From: Candidatus Saccharimonadia bacterium
Lineage (GTDB): Bacteria > Patescibacteriota > Saccharimonadia > Saccharimonadales > UBA4665
Direction of reading: 5' to 3'
Length of the DNA stretch: 64,000 nucleotides
Assembly (NCBI GenBank): GCA_963810525.1
Contig: CAWENB010000006.1
Location: 40,175 to 104,174, forward strand
A model generated the notes under the pieces. It ran no database searches. It saw only the letters and a list, made by a program, of their open reading frames with translations, and was not told the origin of the DNA. Of the stretch, positions 62,273-64,000 are shown in pieces. The first letter of the stretch is position 1; each line of letters begins with the position of its first letter. A program made the position numbers and the translations under genes.

Positions 62273-63411
62273 CTAAAAAAGTAACTTAAGCTTGCGGTTT
62301 GCGGCAATCGCACCAGCCATTGCAGCTATTAAACCGAGTGTGAAGCTAAACTTCGGATCGAACTGCTGAGCGATCGCTACCAGGGTGCTTGCGACAAACA
62401 CCGATGGAAAAACCAGACCGCCGCGGTAGCTCAAACCCTTCGACCAGCTAATAGCGGCAATTTTGACGATTGTCACCCATACCAGTCCGGCCACCCCGAG
62501 CGATGCCGCCTGATGCAGCATCGGCATAATAGATTCATCGCCGGTAAACTCGACGAGCGAACCGCCCATGAGATACAAGAGCGATAAATCGTTCGAGGCA
62601 ATCAGCCATCGCATCCACCAGACCTGCCCGCCTAGGAATGTCTGTATAGGTGTTATGCCCTGCAGAAAGAAGTGCATCGCATACACAACCGCAAAGCCGG
62701 CAATGATTAGAGCGGCGAGAACGGCAATGCCTTGGATATTTATATGCCATTGTGACGGCGGTAACTTGGCGTAGGCTTTTGATTCAAGCAAGTTCAGAAC
62801 AAGTATAGTTGTCAGTGACGCTAACGCTGCCACGCCAATGAACATGAGGTTAAGTTTGGCCCCGACTTGCTTGGTAACCAGCAAGCGGCCGAGCATACCG
62901 GCAATGAACGAGTCAAAAAATGCGGCAAGCAGCGCAATAAACCCGACCATGCCGAGTAGTTTCGGTATCGTTTTATCTTTGCTAAACCACCGGACTCCAA
63001 CGTAGCTGCTTGCAATGATAGCTGCCGGCACAAGGATGGCTTCGGGCCCCAGTGAAGCCCCGGCCAGGAGCGAACAAATCCGATACCAAGCGTTTGTATA
63101 AAGTTTCGTATCGTGGGCGACGGCGCCTCACCCAAGCCTTTGCTTTGGTGTGTTTCCGAATTCGGGTCGAGTCGATGCTGTAGCCAGAAGAACGCCAGAC
63201 CAAGCACAAAACAGGCCGGAACGACCAGCGCGCGCCGAACATCGGTGTTGAACCAATCTATCCAGGCGTAGTTTATTGCATTGCGAACGGCGGCCTCAAA
63301 ATAGAAGTACGTCAGTGCAACCAACAGGGCGACGACAATAATCGCCGCCAATAAAGCCAAAACTTTGCCTGTGCTCAAATGTCTGTTAATCGGTCGTGTT
63401 TCACGACTCAT
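62273..63411 (-). pseudogene. ClC (chloride channel)-like membrane protein split by a frameshift
   Basis: - Two overlapping ORFs (62821-63411 and 62273-63031) lie in different frames.
- Sense runs from ...IRNFIQTLGIGF in one frame to SLLAGASLGPEAILVPAAII in the other (compare the ClC G.S.GxEGP motif). Downstream is RGGLVFPSVF (compare GG.F.PS).
- The span is 1,139 nt, which is not a multiple of 3. Confidence 0.55.
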
Positions 63412-63548
63412 CTGCTTTAAGCCTCAAAGCGTCAGGGCTAGGAATTATGTTTGTAATTTATAGCACGCCGCGGCGACGTTGGCGGCGCCGGATGCCGGCT
63501 GCTGATACTGGGGTGAGTGGTCTGCCTATAACCATATCGTAATCCTCC

Positions 63549-64000
63549 TTACTTCTTTGCTGCTAATGTGGCGGTATTTTCATGCTCGATTTCTTCGAGC
63601 GCGGCCTGCACTTTTTCCGGGTGGATCCGGCCATCAGCGATGAGAAAACCGCCGGCATTGATCAGTGCCTGCTTGAGCCCCTTAGCCCACAGATGTTCAA
63701 TGACTAAAATGCCGGCCGAAGTATTCGGCTTCATATCTTCGCCGACTGTTTCAACGTCGCTTTCGGTGAGCAGCGGCATATCATCATGCGGTGACACGTC
63801 GCCGACGGCTGATTTTATATCTTCAGACTGACAGCTCATCTCGCCAGCCATCACCGTGCCGTCTTTGTCTTTCATAATAAACAACATGTCGATGACGCGG
63901 ATGATGCCATTGTCGACGGCCTCGCTCAGCTCACGCATAATACTGCCATCAAAATTATTACCCTCAAATCCTACGACTACATAATCGATTGGTCCGAACA
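63549..64000 (-). CDS. DUF6325-like protein, N-terminus runs off the right edge
   Basis: The frame stays open upstream of Met 63938 to the window end (FGPIDYVVVGFEGNNFDGSIMRELSEAVDNGIIRVIDMLF...). This resembles the DUF6325 pattern GP.e.lvv.F.gn.f.G.i...L..lv..G.IrvlDl. Confidence 0.45.
   Translation of the reverse strand, partial: FGPIDYVVVGFEGNNFDGSIMRELSEAVDNGIIRVIDMLFIMKDKDGTVMAGEMSCQSEDIKSAVGDVSPHDDMPLLTESDVETVGEDMKPNTSAGILVIEHLWAKGLKQALINAGGFLIADGRIHPEKVQAALEEIEHENTATLAAKK

Noticed and set aside
1-64000. CRISPR arrays, rRNA genes, or prophage and integrase genes
   Set aside because: No regularly spaced direct repeats were seen. The only periodic DNA repeats are the in-frame coding repeats at 5917-6379. 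There are no rRNA-like conserved stretches and no tyrosine or serine recombinase motifs in any listed ORF.

Overview
Chromosomal window from a monoderm-type bacterium, with about 60 supported CDS, one tRNA and two IS copies. The envelope genes are Gram-positive-like: sortase/LPXTG, several peptidoglycan genes and a type IV pilin-like gene. Several genes have an actinobacterial flavour (WhiB-like Cys motif, Ni-SOD plus its protease, a DUF6325-like protein). Coding GC is moderate and spacers are very AT-rich. This fits a Saccharibacteria/Patescibacteria-like or similar reduced genome, but taxonomy cannot be settled from sequence alone.

Layout:
- (a) 1-14.6 kb: an island-like block of large orphan genes ending at tRNA-Ala(CGC). 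It holds a HerA/DUF87-type ATPase with an 811-aa partner, a hyper-acidic repeat protein, an enolase-superfamily enzyme, a PD-(D/E)XK-like orphan and a 947-aa protein with a WhiB-type 4-Cys N-terminus.
- (b) 15.3-19.1 kb: AcpS, then a tri-domain acyl-AMP ligase/carrier/PlsC acyltransferase, then a flippase-like membrane protein.
- (c) 19.2-34.1 kb: two identical 1,089-bp IS1/IS1595-like elements, each with its own 8-bp target duplication. They bracket an ABC-2 exporter and a cell-wall block: S1 peptidase, hydrolases, membrane-anchored MurF-like ligase, ddl / M15-like peptidase / ddl, pilin-like gene and PG deacetylase.
- (d) 34.9-45.5 kb: housekeeping genes (alaX-like, leuS, rpmF, nusB, Nudix, rnc, rpsP, KH protein, trmD), interrupted by an inverted two-component pair.
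- (e) 45.5-48.8 kb: sodN/sodX, then LPXTG protein / sortase / GT2.
- (f) 48.8-55.8 kb: a minus-strand MarR-MFS-ABC string followed by two large unknowns.
- (g) 55.9-64 kb: orphan and small secreted proteins, PAP2, a spermidine-synthase-like gene and a frameshifted ClC-like channel.

Most noteworthy: the lipid-salvage fusion operon, the ddl-M15-ddl trio with Gly/Lys-rich omega-loop insertions, the WhiB-fusion giant, the HerA-like pair, a compensated double frameshift inside leuS, and a recurring -10 hexamer exactly 7 nt upstream of start codons (leaderless geometry). No CRISPR array, rRNA or integrase was seen. All family calls rest on motifs read by eye; no database search was run.
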